Below are positions 12,996 through 25,297 of a stretch of DNA of 64,000 nt, piece after piece. Origin of the DNA: Sphyrna mokarran (Eukaryota); the NCBI GenBank assembly GCA_024679065.1, contig JAGIQG010000009.1:90396001-90460000 (forward strand). Reading direction: 5' to 3'. The first letter of the stretch is position 1. The number at the start of each line of letters is the position of its first letter. The notes under the pieces are model-generated. The model was not told the DNA's origin. It saw only the letters and a list, made by a program, of their open reading frames with translations, and made no database searches. Position numbers and translations under genes: made by a program.

Positions 12996-13039
12996 GAACT
13001 GGAAAATTCAGCCCTAAGTGTTTTAGGTCACAGTATAAA

Positions 13040-14705
13040 CATGTATAGAAAATAGATACAGGAGTAGGCCATTTGGCCCTTCGAGCCTGCTCCACCATTC
13101 ATTATAATTATGGCTGATCATCAAATTCAATATCCTGATCCTGCCTTCCCCCTGTATCGCTCATTCGTTTTTGTCCCAAGAACTCTATCTAATATCTTCT
13201 TGAAATCACAGATTCACCACTCCCTAGGTGAAGAAATTTCTCTTCACCTCAGTTCTAAAATGCTGACCCCCTTATCCTCAAACTCTGACCTTTAGTTCTG
13301 GACTCCACCATCATTGGGCACATTTTTATTGACTCTATCCTGTCTAATCCTGTTAGAAATTTATAAATTTCTATGAGATCCCCTCTCACTCTTCTAAACT
13401 CCAGTAAATATAACCTTAACTGACTTAATCACAGGATTCCTACAATGCAGAATGAGCACAGTGCAGCAAACCTGCTCTGACAACAATCCCACCAAGATCC
13501 TATCCCTGTAACCCCATGTATTTACCATGTTAGTCACCCTAACACTAGGGGGCATGGAATGTCAACCTAACTTGCACTTCTTTGGAGTGTGGGAAGAAAC
13601 TGGAGCACCCGGAGGAAACTCATATAGACATGAGGAGAAAGCGCAAACAGGAATTGGATCCGGGTCCTTGGTGTTGTGAGATAACAGTGCTAACCACTGT
13701 GCCACCATGCTGCCCAATCTCTCCCCATATTTTAGATCTGCTGTCTCAGGAATCAGCCTGGTAAACCTTTGCTGTACTTCCTCTATAGCAAGGACATCCT
13801 TCCTCAGATAAGGACACCAAAACTGCCCACTATACTCCAGATGTAGCCTCACCAGCACCCCATATAATTGCAGTAAAACATCCTTATACCTGTACTCAAA
13901 TCCTCTCACTATGAAAGCCAACATACCATTTGCCTTCTTTACTGCCTGTTGCACCTCTCTGTTTATTTTCAGTGATTAATACACAAGGACACCAAGGTCT
14001 CACCGAGTATCCACCTCTCTCTGTTTACACCCATTCAAATTTTATTCATTCTATTTTTGCAACCAAAGTGGATAACCTCACATTGATCTAAATTATACTG
14101 TATCTGCTATGCAGATGCTCAATCAGCCTGTCCAAATCACGCTGAAGCATCTCTTCATTCTCCTCACAGCTCACCCTCCCATCCAACTTTGTATCATTTG
14201 CAAATTTGAGGATATATATTTAGTTCCCTCTTCCAAATCATTAATATATAATGTGAACAGTTGGAGTCCTAGGACAGTTCACTGCAGTACCCCACTAATA
14301 ACTGCCTGTCAATCGGAAGGAGACCCATTTATTCCAACTCTTTGCCTCCTGTCTGCTAACCAGTTTTCTATCCACCTCAAGACACTATCTGTAATCCCAT
14401 TGCTTTAACCTTAAATAATAATCTGCTGTGTGAGACCTTGTTGAAAGCCTTCTGAAAATCTAAATAAACCACATCTACTGGATCTCCCTGATCAACTCTA
14501 CTAGTTACATCTTCAAATAATTCCAATTTATTGATCAAGAATGATTTCCCCTTTATAAATCTATGCTGACTTTGTCTGATTATAATCACTGCTTTCCAAA
14601 TGCTACATTATAAATCCTTGACAAATGATTCTCACAACTTCCCTACTCCTGACATTAGGCTCACTGATTTATAATTCCACATTTTCTCTCTACCTTCCTT
14701 TTTGA
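13040..14705 (-). mobile_element. CR1 LINE 3' half, carrying an HE1-like SINE at ~13430-13715
   Basis: ORFs 14377..14589 (DVVYLDFQKAF.KV.H) and 13562..13954 (KKANGMLAFI.RG.EY..LVR.HLEY). Confidence 0.9.
13430..13715 (-). mobile_element. HE1-like tRNA-derived SINE
   Basis: Head GGGCAGCATGGTGGCACAGTGGTTAGCACTG, body GGGTGCTCCAGTTTCTTCCCACA; flanked by AATC inside CR1. Confidence 0.8.
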
Positions 14706-15092
14706 AATAAATTGGTCAAAGGTCTTATGATTTTATGTTCTTACGATCAGCAATGAAGGAGCCCAGAACCATGTTGCCAATTTCCTGAGCTTTCAATGTA
14801 GCAACTCTTCATTCTATGTAAGCTGTCTGCCATTCTACAGGGGTAACATTATTAAATCTAATGGAAGGTTCAAGTTCAATCAACAGATGTTGGGTTCCTG
14901 GCTGGGATTATCCAGTCCTTTCATGTTGCAGAGAATGGTTTCTAGGCTACGATAAACCATAAACAAGAAGGAGATGGACTTTTCTTGAGCTATTGCTCAT
15001 AAATGTTCAGGCAGAGCCTGTGGGAGTGGCTGGGCCTGTTAATAATCTCACTGTACACTGATCCAGAATCAAATCTTCACCAACATACTCTA

Positions 15093-15452
15093 CCCAGCAA
15101 CTCATGACTCCTCTATCTGATTGGCTGTAGACAGCCAAGCTACTGTTTTCACATCATTCTGCTATTAGTTAGATTTCACAATGTGGAATTAGGTTACCTT
15201 CAGAGACAGGGACTTTCCATCAAAATCTCCAATTACCAGCCACACAACCTGTTCCTTCACAACACTACACAATCTACTGGAGTCAGTGTCAATCTCCATT
15301 CCAGTCTTAGAGACAGGGACTTTCCATCAAAATCTTCATTTACCAGCTTCACACAACCTGCTCTTCCTCAACACAATACAAACTACACTTACCTGGTATA
15401 ATAACAGGAGTCAATGCTGATCTTCATTTCATTCCAGGGACAGGGATTTTCT
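15093..15452 (+). promoter_or_regulatory. Distal X1-X2-Y module (10-bp spacer) followed by tandem NF-kB sites
   Basis: CCCAGCAACTCATG (15093-15106), TGACTC, CTGATTGGCT (15117-15126); GGGACTTTCC at 15209 and 15316, GGGATTTTCT at 15443. Confidence 0.6.
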
Positions 15453-15874
15453 AACTCGCATTCTCAGTGTATGAGTGAGGCTGGAAAGGCCAGCATCTAT
15501 TGCCCATCCATAATAATCCTTTACTGATAGAATCACATAGATCAGAATTTTTATGTCTGTGTCAACTTTTCAAAGAACATGTTAACTCTTTCCACAATTC
15601 TGCTCTTTACCCACATCACTGCAAGATTTTCAACCATCTGCATGAATCTGCATGGATGCATATTGAATCTGCATCCTGTCCCCACATCAGGCAATGCCGT
15701 CCAAATAATAAACATATCCTGTGTAAAAAAGGTTATGTCGTGTTGCTTCTGCTCCTTTTCCCAATCATCTTACTGACCTTTCTTCAATCCATTTCTCTTT
15801 ATTTATCCCAATCTAAACTCTTCATGACTTTATACACCTCAATCTGCTGAACATATCCAGCATTTTCTGTTTTA

Positions 15875-18648
15875 GGACAGAATTTTCCATTCTGTGGACT
15901 AACTCCAGTGACAGGTAGGAAAATGAGTTTGATTCCCTGGATATTGGGAAGGGTTCTTGTGCTAGTTTGTCCATGGTTCAGTTCATTGTAAATGCATCAA
16001 TGAGGAGCTGATCAAATCTCATGACAGAGCAGACATGAGATTCAATCATGGTATGGATTTGAAGGTCCATGTTTAAAAATATTCCCCCCGCAGCCCCGTC
16101 CACTCCCCCACCCCCTGCCAGCTCCTCCACGCACCCCCACCTCACACACACACACAGTCATTCTCTGCAGTTTAAACCTTGTAATCTCCCTCAGAGGAAA
16201 CAAATCCTTTCCTCCATGTTTAGTGACAGCTCCCTGGAAAGACTCCTTCAGGCAGTCTGGGACTGGTGGGAGATTCTTGACTTATGGGACAGAAGCTGGA
16301 GATCCACCAGTCAGTGTGCTGGTCTGGGAGGAGATCACCAGGAGATCAATACCTGTGACCCTCAGAAGAGGATTGAACTGTAGTGCAGGCAGAGGATGAA
16401 TGATCTCAACCGTTCTACCAGAGTAGGTCAACCTTCTCACTCTCAACTGACTCACTTCTAACATCATCAGGTATTCACAGGATCACAATCCTCAGGAATC
16501 TCACACATGACTAACTGAAGGGACATCAGCACTGATTGTCTCACTGATGCTTCAACGTTTTCACCCTCACTGAGAGCACTCAGCACACACAGCAGGTATT
16601 CACGCTTCTCATCTCTTTTTTACCCCTGGTGCTTTCAGTTTATTTATCAGATTTTAGGCAGATCATGACCTCCCACAGCAACAGGGGAGATCTCACACTG
16701 GAGTGGGAATGCCAGGGTTAAGGCCACTCTCTCCCTACAAGGAGCAGAAGGCAGAGCTGGCCTGAGAGAGCAGGAGGTAGAGCTGGGCTGAGAGAGTAGG
16801 AGGAAGAGCTGGCCTGAGAGAGCAGGAGGAAGAGCTGGCCTGAGAGAGCAGGAGGGAGAGCTGGCCTGAGAGAGCAGGAGGCAGAGCTGGCCTGAGAGAG
16901 CAGGAGGCAGAGCTGGCCTGAGAGAGCAGGAGGCAGAGCTGGCCTGAGAGAGCAGGAGGCAGAGCTGGCCTGAGAGAGCAGGAGGCAGTGCTGGCCTGAG
17001 AGAGCAGGAGGCAGAGCTGGCCTGAGAGAGCAGGAGGGAGCTAGCCTGAGAGAGCAGGAGACAGAGCTGGCCTGAGAGAGTAGGAGGCAGAGCTGGCCTG
17101 AGAGAGCAGGAGGCAGAGCTGGTCTGAGAGAGCAGGAGACAGTGCTGGCCTGAGAGAGCAGGAGGCAGAGCTGGTCTGAGAGAGCAGGAGGCAGAGCTGG
17201 CCTGAGAGAGCAGGAGGCAGAGCTGCCTGAGAGAGCCTGGACCGTTCTTGCACAAAAGGCAAGATCAGCATCTCCTAATAAGCCAGTGAGAGTCTGTGCA
17301 GTTTCTGGGTCTTCATGGAGTCCCTCTGGCATATGTTCCACCAGGAAAGGCATGAAAGCAATAGGCCCTTCTTCACCTCCTACTCTGCTTGAAAGTCATA
17401 AAAAAGGCAGTATTGCCTGATTATTTCATGCTACCTGCATCTTTGTGCTTCTATAGATGAGAGACATGATTGAATATTAACCTGCAATGATCACCTTCCA
17501 TCGCCAAGCTAAGGGGAGTTATTGTCTGGTATTTTTGACTTTGGGATTTTCCAGTCTCGCCGAAAGCAGTTCCCATGTAATGGGGTCCCTGGCAGTGTGG
17601 CGAGTGAGAAACACAAATGGCTATTGAATTCAGTGGGACTAGAAGATCCCAGTGACAATCAATGCAAATCACCTCCACCATCGGAAATCCCTCAGTGGAG
17701 TGAACTAGAAAATCCCGGTCATTGTGAATCCCTGGGATAGCCCTCATTCCAGGTATTTCAACACAAGATCCTCCCTTGCAGCTAAAACACATCATGAAGG
17801 ATCACATGTGTCTGAAGGTCCTCAAAAGCATCACCCGTGACCCCCCCTTCTCCTTCGCCCCTCCCTCTTCCACATCCTCCTTCCCCCCTCTCCATTACCC
17901 CAACACCTCAGGCACAACAGCACATTCACAAAGGGGATTGGATCTGAATGAGTACATGCAGCTTCTATCAACCTCAGTCAGAACACTGCCACCCAACATC
18001 TGGTGTCCAAATCCTTCCATTAACATAACGTGTCTCAGTTGAGCTTTGTCCTGAAGTGGAAATTATTAGAGTGTTCCTTCAATCAGTAAGAAAGGACAGT
18101 AATGGATGATTCCCAGAAGCACTCAGATCCTTACTCTAGCAATTCTTTACAAAGTTACTTTCCTACAGTGTCATTGCATCAAGCTGTCGAAATAGTGTTG
18201 CTCCGATTCCACTTTGAGAGCAGTTTCCAGCCCTCTCCTGTCACTATCCACATCCTTCTACCCTCCTTGATCCTTAACAAACCCATTCCCCAGATCACTC
18301 TCCTACTTCCCCCTTTAATCATAGAACCCATCTTCATTGTTATTGATACTCCTCTCTCTAATCTATTTTCTGCTGATATCCCCATGCTCCACATTGACCT
18401 CACCCTTGAAGCCCCCATGCACAGTGACCTACAGGAATCCCCCCACCCATGAGACCACCTGATGTCTCCCTCTTCAAACCTGGACTGGGACTAAGACATG
18501 TACGCCAGGCACAGCCCTATTGTATAGTTAAATTCTGGCTCCAACACTGTGGTACCTTTTAAAGTGGTTGAATCCCACATTACTAGTGCTGCCAGCGCCG
18601 TTGGGAGTTATCCCAATTTTCCTGGTGGCAGCAGGAGAATCATGTCCC
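15875..18648 (+). mobile_element. PIF/Harbinger-like DNA transposon relic with Myb/SANT-like ORF remnant (~16205-16430)
   Basis: Imperfect TIRs GGACAGAATTTTCC / GGAGAATCATGTCC (11/14); remnant FSDSSLERLLQAV...CRQRMNDL resembles Harbinger Myb-like proteins. Confidence 0.5.
16751..17237 (+). repeat. 26-bp G-rich minisatellite, ~19 copies
   Basis: Unit GCAGAGCTGGCCTGAGAGAGCAGGAG; explains ORFs 16647..17353. Confidence 0.97.
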
Positions 18649-18665
18649 ATATTCTGGCTATTCCA

Positions 18666-18965
18666 GGTGCAGCACGGTGGCACACTGGTTAACACTGCTG
18701 CCTCATTGCGCCAGGGACTCAGTTTTGATTTCTGGCTTGGATGACTGTCTGTGCAGAGTCTGCACGTACTCCTCATGTCTGTGTGGGCTTCATCTGGGTG
18801 CTCCGGTTTCCCCCCAGAGTCCGAAGGATGTGCATTGGCCATTCTAAGTGTGCCCTCAATGTACTCAAACAGGCACCAGAGTGTAGCGACCGGGGGATTT
18901 TCACAGTAACTTCATTGCAGTGTTAATGTATGCTTATTGTGACAGTAATAAATAAACTTAAAAAA
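18666..18965 (+). mobile_element. HE1-related SINE with a different 3' tail
   Basis: GCAGCACGGTGGCACACTGGTTAACACTGCTGCCTCA head, GGGTGCTCCGGTTTCC body, tail ..AATAAATAAACTTAAAAAA. Confidence 0.8.
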
Positions 18966-19252
18966 CAGTTGAAATATGATATATTGCCTTTTATAAATTC
19001 AGGAAAACCTCCCAGCTCTCATAATCTGTGTCCCTTTCATCACCAGTAACGTGAGTTTAATGAATGAAACAGGAAGTTATTGCAGTGTTAGTTTGATTGA
19101 AAACTCTCCCAAAGAATATTTCTTTAAATGTTGTGGGTGTCTGAATTTGGAGAGAGTCCAGGGTAAGTGTGAGAGCAGACAGGAACACACAAAACCCACA
19201 GCTTCTGTTTGGGCAGCTGGCATCCTGACTGTGGACAGGTTCAATAGGCTGT

Positions 19253-19296
19253 TACCAATAGGAATTTAGATCACCAGACTGTCATCTGTTGCTGAG
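19253..19296 (-). promoter_or_regulatory. Distal X1-X2-Y module
   Basis: Minus strand CTCAGCAACAGATG (19296-19283) with TGAC, 20-bp spacer, CCTATTGGTA (19262-19253). Confidence 0.65.
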
Positions 19297-19844
19297 AGAC
19301 ATTCTCTCCTGGAGCTCACATTTTATCACAACACTTCTAAATAACTCAGTCCCTTTGCATCTCTCGGGTGAGTTGGTGATCCAGCTCCCTGAGCTTAGCT
19401 GTGGTGAAATACCTCAGTAAAACAGTTTGCGATATATGGACACTAACCCCAGATACAGGGCTGTCCCATCACAGGTCAACACTCAGAGCATCTTCACAAG
19501 GAGAAACAGACCTGGACACAAAACAATCCCTTCCTGGCTGGAAATGGGGACAGTCTTTGCATCATTTTGATCTTTTAACTTCCTGCTGGACAGTAATCTG
19601 AGGGAAATTTTTATTTTAGTGCAGCTAGTCTGGTTTCAACAGGAAAAGATAATTAATGCAGAAAATCAGAGCCTAATGGTTTGAACCAAGAATGTTATCA
19701 GATCTTAGTGTAGTTAAGGACACTCTGCACTGTTACGGTGTAGAAGAAGCTCATTCAGCCCATATTGTCTGCATTAGCTATCGAATGAGCAACTTTTCTG
19801 CCAGTTTCCTGTATTCTCTCTGTAACAGGTGATGTTGTGGCATT

Positions 19845-20203
19845 CATAGAATCCCGACAGTGCAGAAGAAGCCCAATCAGCCCATCAACTCAGTACCAAC
19901 TCTCTAACAGAGTATTTTACCCAGCTCTCTTCCCCATCCTATCCCTATAATCCCACACATTTATTATGGCTAATCCCATCTAATCTCCACATATTTGGAC
20001 ACTAAGGGGCAATTTAACATGGACAATGTACCTAACCTTCACATCTTTGGACTGTGGGAGAAAACGAGAGCACCCAGAGGAAACCCATGCAGGCACAGGG
20101 AGAATGTACAAACTCCAAAAAGACAGTCACCCAGAGCTGGAATTGAACCTAGTTTCCTGGAACTGTGAGGTAGCAGTGATAATCACTGTGTCACTCTATC
20201 ACC
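19845..20203 (-). mobile_element. HE1-like SINE
   Basis: Reverse complement of the same body (ACCTTCACATCTTTGGACTGTGGGAG..CACCCAGAGGAAACCCATGCAG). Confidence 0.75.
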
Positions 20204-20204
20204 A

Positions 20205-21720
20205 ATATTGTCACTGGACTAATAATTCAGAGACAGTGAGATTCTCTAGGGACCTGAGTTTTGAAATTTTAATTCAGCAAAAAAAATCAGGAATTAAAAA
20301 GTCTGATAATGACTGTGAAACCATTGCTGATTGTAGTAAAAGTCCATCTGGTTCAATAATGTCCTTTTGGGGAAGGAAATCTGCCATGTTAACCTGATCT
20401 GGCCTACATGTGACCCCAGATCCACAACAATGTGTTTGATCTTGAAGTGGCCACTCAGTTGTATCAAAGCATTATGAAGCTGAACAGGAATAGAATTGGA
20501 TGGGCCACCCGTCACTAGGTACTGGACTAAATTATGGCAGACTCAGTCCTGTCAACCCTGCAAAGCCTTACTAACATCTGGAGTCTTGGGAGAGATATGG
20601 TACAGACTAGTCAAGCAACAGCCTGACATAGTCACACTCACTGAATCATACCTTACAGATAATGTCCCAGATACCACCATTACCAGCCCTGGGCACATGT
20701 CCTGTTCCACCGTTAGGACAGACCCAGCATAGATGGCAGTATGGTGGTATACAGTCAGGATGGAGTTGCCCTGGGAATCTTCAACATTGACCATGAAATC
20801 TCATGGCCCCAGGTCAAACATTGATAAGGAAACTTCCTGCTGATTACTACGTACTGCCCCCCTTCAGTTGATGAATCAGTACTCGTCCATCTTTAACATC
20901 GCATGGAGGAAGCATTCAGGGTGGCAAGGGTGCAGAATGTACTCTGGCTGGCTTGGTAGTACCACCACAGACTGAACTGGTTGGGTTCTAAAGGATGTAG
21001 CTGCTAGATAGAGGTGGTGAGGAAAACAAGAGGGAGAAACATACTTGACCTCATTCTCATCAACCTCCTGCCATAGATACATCTGTCCATGACTGTATCA
21101 GTAAAAGTGACCACAGCACAGTCACTGTGCAGACGAAGACCCATTTTGATATTGAGATTCCCCAACCAATAGATTAGATCCAAGTTCTGCAGTCCTTCCA
21201 CATCCAGTCAGGAATGATGGTGGACAATTAAAAACTCACTGGAGGAGGAGGCTCCATAAATATTCCCATCCTCAGTGATGGAGGAGCCAAGCACATCGTA
21301 ACAATCTTCAGCCAGAAGTACCAAGTGGATAATCCATCTTGGCCTCCTCCAGAGGTCCCCAGCATCTCAGATGCCAGACTCCAGTCAATTCGATTCATTT
21401 CATGTGATATCAAGAAATTGCTGAAGGCATTGGATTATGCAAAGGCTGTTGGACCTGACAATATTCCAGAAGTTGTACACTGAAGACTTGTGCTCCATAA
21501 CTGGCTGCTCCCCTAGCCAAGTTCTTCCTGTATAGCTACAACACTGGCATCTAACCGGAAATGTGGAACATTTTTCAGTTATGTCCTATACACAAGAAAC
21601 AAACCCAGCCAGACGAATTACCGCCCCATCAGTCTATTCTCAATTATCAGTAAAAGGATAGAAGGGCAATCAACAATACTATCATTAATTACTCATTAAT
21701 AACCTGCTTATGGATGGTCA
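20205..21720 (+). mobile_element. CR1-group LINE with SINE-like 5' head; endonuclease to RT remnants
   Basis: LGE..RLVKQQPDIV.LTESYL (APE N-terminus), LDLIL.N, KA.GPDNI, PVHKK. Confidence 0.75.
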
Positions 21721-24700
21721 GTACTCTGCCAGGGTCAGTACTCTGCTCAGTACTCAGGATTCTGCCAGGGTCACTCAGCTGTACTTTCTGTCAGTGCATG
21801 AACATTCTATAATGAGGAACACTTGCAGCAAATGGACAGATCCTCTCACGCCTGGTTTAGTTATCAGCATCACGAAAACAAATGTCATTGTCCAGATGTT
21901 ACCATTCTACCATCGATCAAAATTAAAATCAATTCCCACTGCAAAAACTTCAGTTATTGTGTCCAAACTGAGTATGAGAGTGTCAAACAAGAGCAACATG
22001 ATTATAAACACCATCCAACTTTCTTTTGAAATTCTTTATTGGCTGGAACTCTCCAGGTGTTTATGGCCTACTGCTGCTGCCAGTGAGAATTTGGCACTCA
22101 GCCAAATCTCCATTCACTGCAGTGATTGGGAGAATCCTAGCTGTGGGTAAGATTAGAGAATCTGGCCCATTGTCTTTGCTTCCACCATCCTTGTGGGCAG
22201 TGAGTTACAGATCATTACCAACAGCTGCATAAAGAATGTTCTTCCTCGTATTCCCTCTGCATCTCTTACCAAAACCGTAAACCGATATCTCTTAATCCTT
22301 GTACTGTTTTGTCATACCAATGCTGTCATAAATACGTTAATCACAGAAAATTGTTTCTCTTGAAGGCCTAAGGACATTCTGGAAGAATTTGTGTTTTTAA
22401 AAGTTCTTAAAATGTTAGTTCAGGGTCTCTGGTTGCTGTTGTTCCTGACAAAGATAGCATATTACATAAAAAGGTAATTAAGCAGTTTTGAAGAAGCTGG
22501 TTAGCTATTTACAGAAAGGTCACATGATAATTCATAGTTTTGAATTAAAATCATACCTAGAAAACTGTGTTTAAAAGCTAGTAGGCTGATTTGCTTTTGG
22601 GGGTATGGTGTGTTGATGGGGGAGAGTAGAAGGAAAAGGATCAATTGCTTGGATAAAGACATAAACAGTTCCTGAAGTTCTTGACCCAATCCAAAGATGG
22701 AAACAATGGAAGTTGCTCCAAACTCGCTCTACATTCTGAAATGGACCAACTGTAAAATTCTCTCGAAGGACATCTGAAAACTGGGCAAGAGCTAGTGACT
22801 ATTTCTCAGACTTGTAAGTCAACCAGACTCTATTTCAAGGACTTCATCCTTTTCCTTTGAACAATTGATTTTTAATAATTTGGTAGAATTCTTCTATTGT
22901 ATCTTTTTGTGGGTGTGAGTTAAGGTATTTATAAAGAGTAATTATAATTTCACATTTCATAATCTAGGCTATTAAACTTTGCTCCTGTACTTGACAAGAG
23001 TAGTTTTATAATAAACTAATAATTTTGTTGTGTATTGAAGAGATTAATGGGTGAATTACATACTTAGTCATGTAGCTGGCTGGGAAAATAATTTAAATAG
23101 AGGTTGAGATCCATGGTGCAGAGGCAGTAGAGACAGATAGCACCCCCTCCTCCCCCGCTCCAGGTTGTTACAATGGGAACAGTTTTCTTTATCTCCATTA
23201 TCTAAATTTCTCTTTATCTTGTACTGCCCTGTAAAATCTCCCCTCAATTTCCTTTATCCCAAAGGTAACAACACCAGCTTTTCCAATTTAATCTTGCAGC
23301 TAAAGTCCCTCATCTTTGGATTAAGACATAGTCAACAATCCCAGAGGTCTTGGAGTGTGCTGTCACCATCAGTGTACACACATTGCTAAGTCAATGATGT
23401 CTGCACTGGCTCAGCCACATTATTGGACAGCAGCTGTATATCCAAAGATCTTCTGCAGACTGCACTGACCACTGGATGCTGGGCATCTGTATCTCTGCAA
23501 CAAGGACAGCCATAAGCAGCATGTGACGATCGCAGATATTGCCAACTGACAACTGAGAGACAGTCACCAACATCTGTGATCTCTGGAAGCTGACTTTTTG
23601 GAATGGCATTATCAGAGGTGAGCAGAAATAGATATCTCGTACACAGAAAAAGAGGATTCAGAGAAAACAGAGGCAGGCGAATACTGAACTCTCTCAGCCC
23701 ATTGTCTTCCTTTGCAGTAAATACAGTACAGATTGCCATATCAGAGTGGGCTCTGCTGTCATACTAGGTGATGCTTAACACAAAGTTAACCTTTATCTCA
23801 TGAGATGGAAGGATAATAATTAATTCATGGTTAGACAAAATGTGTAATAAGGGCAGTAGTGACACGATCCTGGGAAAGCCCAAGCTGAGTGAACTGGTTA
23901 TTGTGAAGTATGTGTTGTTTTATAACACTGTCAATGGCTTTTTCTATCACTTTGTTGATGATCAAGAGTAGACTGTGGGCTGGTTATTGCCTGGATTGGC
24001 TTCTTCCTGTTTCTTATATACAGGACATAGCTGGTCCATGTTGTAATTGTACTGAAACACCTTGACTAGTGCAGCTGTAGGTTCTGGAGCACAAGTAATA
24101 TTGTCAGGACCCATTGCCTTTGCAATGTCCAGTGTCTTCAGCTGTTTCTTCATATGAAGAGTGAATTAAAGCTTGAAGACCGAACTGCTGGTGACCACTG
24201 GAGGAGGCTGAGATGGATCATCCACTTGGCACTTCTGGCTGAACATTGTTGAAAATGCTTCAGCCTTATCTTTTGCACTGATGTGCTGGGCTCTTCCATC
24301 ATTGGCAATGGGGTTACTGGTGAAACTTCCTCCTCTAGGGAGTTATTTAATTATCCACCATTATTCATAGTTGGATGCAGCAGAATTGCAGAACTTAGAT
24401 ATGATCATTGCTTGTGGGGTCATTTAGTTCTATCTATTACTTGCTGCTTATCTGTTTGGTGAGCAAGAGGTCCTATCTTGTAGCTTCACCAGGTTGACAC
24501 CTAATTTTTGGGTCTGCCTGGTATTGTTCCTGGCAAGCCCTCCTGCACTCCTCATTGACCCAACATGGTGGGAATGGCAGAGTGGGGGATATACAGGGCG
24601 ATGAGGTTATAGATTGTGGTTGAGTACAATTCTGCATTGTGGCAGTGTGATACAGCATGTTTTTTAATTTAATTTGCAGGATATGGGTATTACTGGCTAT

Positions 24701-24947
24701 TCCAGCATTTATTGCTCATCCTTAAAAGACATTCAAAAGATGGTGGTGAACTGTCCTTGCAGCCGCTGCACCTGTGGTATATGAACAATTAGTGCTGTTA
24801 GGGAGAGAGTTTCAGGATCTTGACCCAGTGACAGTGAAGTAAGAGCAATATAACAAACTTACAATTTTGGTATTACTGTGTATCTGTAGCATTTGCCCTT
24901 TTAGATGGAGCTTTGGCGAGTTCTTGCAGTGCTGTTACTGTGTGTCA
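21436..24947 (+). repeat. Segmental duplication copy B
   Basis: Direct-orientation paralog of 1-3850; lacks the 2911-3292 insert and ~280-577, and carries extra ~23575-23805. Confidence 0.92.
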
Positions 24948-25232
24948 GTGGTGGAGGGAGTAATGAAGGGTCTCCTCATTGTGAAGGGAGTAATTCATAA
25001 GGACAGTGTAGTGCTCAGCCCCCCAGCATATTGTTATGGACAGATGCATCTGCACCAAGTTGATAGAAGACCGAAGGATTTAACAAAGGGGAAATGCAAA
25101 TTGGTGCCAATTGCAAGTCATTTAGAGTAGAGTTGGGGAAGATCTTATAATCAATAATCTGGGACAATAAAAGGTGCCATTCATGTACCCTACAGTGTTT
25201 GTGCTAATAATGAAATTTTTTGTATTGAAATA

Positions 25233-25297
25233 TAACCTCAGAAAAACATTCTGCCTGGCAACAGATGACATGTCCCATTTTTAAAATTTCATTGGCT
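25233..25297 (+). promoter_or_regulatory. Distal S-X1-X2-Y module (candidate RFX/CREB/NF-Y/CIITA enhancer)
   Basis: TAACCTC (S-like) -14 bp- CCTGGCAACAGATG (X1, 25254-25267) with TGAC X2 half-site, 20-bp spacer, TTCATTGGCT (Y, 25288-25297); kB-like GGGATTTTCC at 25382. Confidence 0.7.

Noticed and set aside
16647-17353. 200-aa ORFs on the minus strand
   Set aside because: Translations of the stop-free 26-bp minisatellite in several frames
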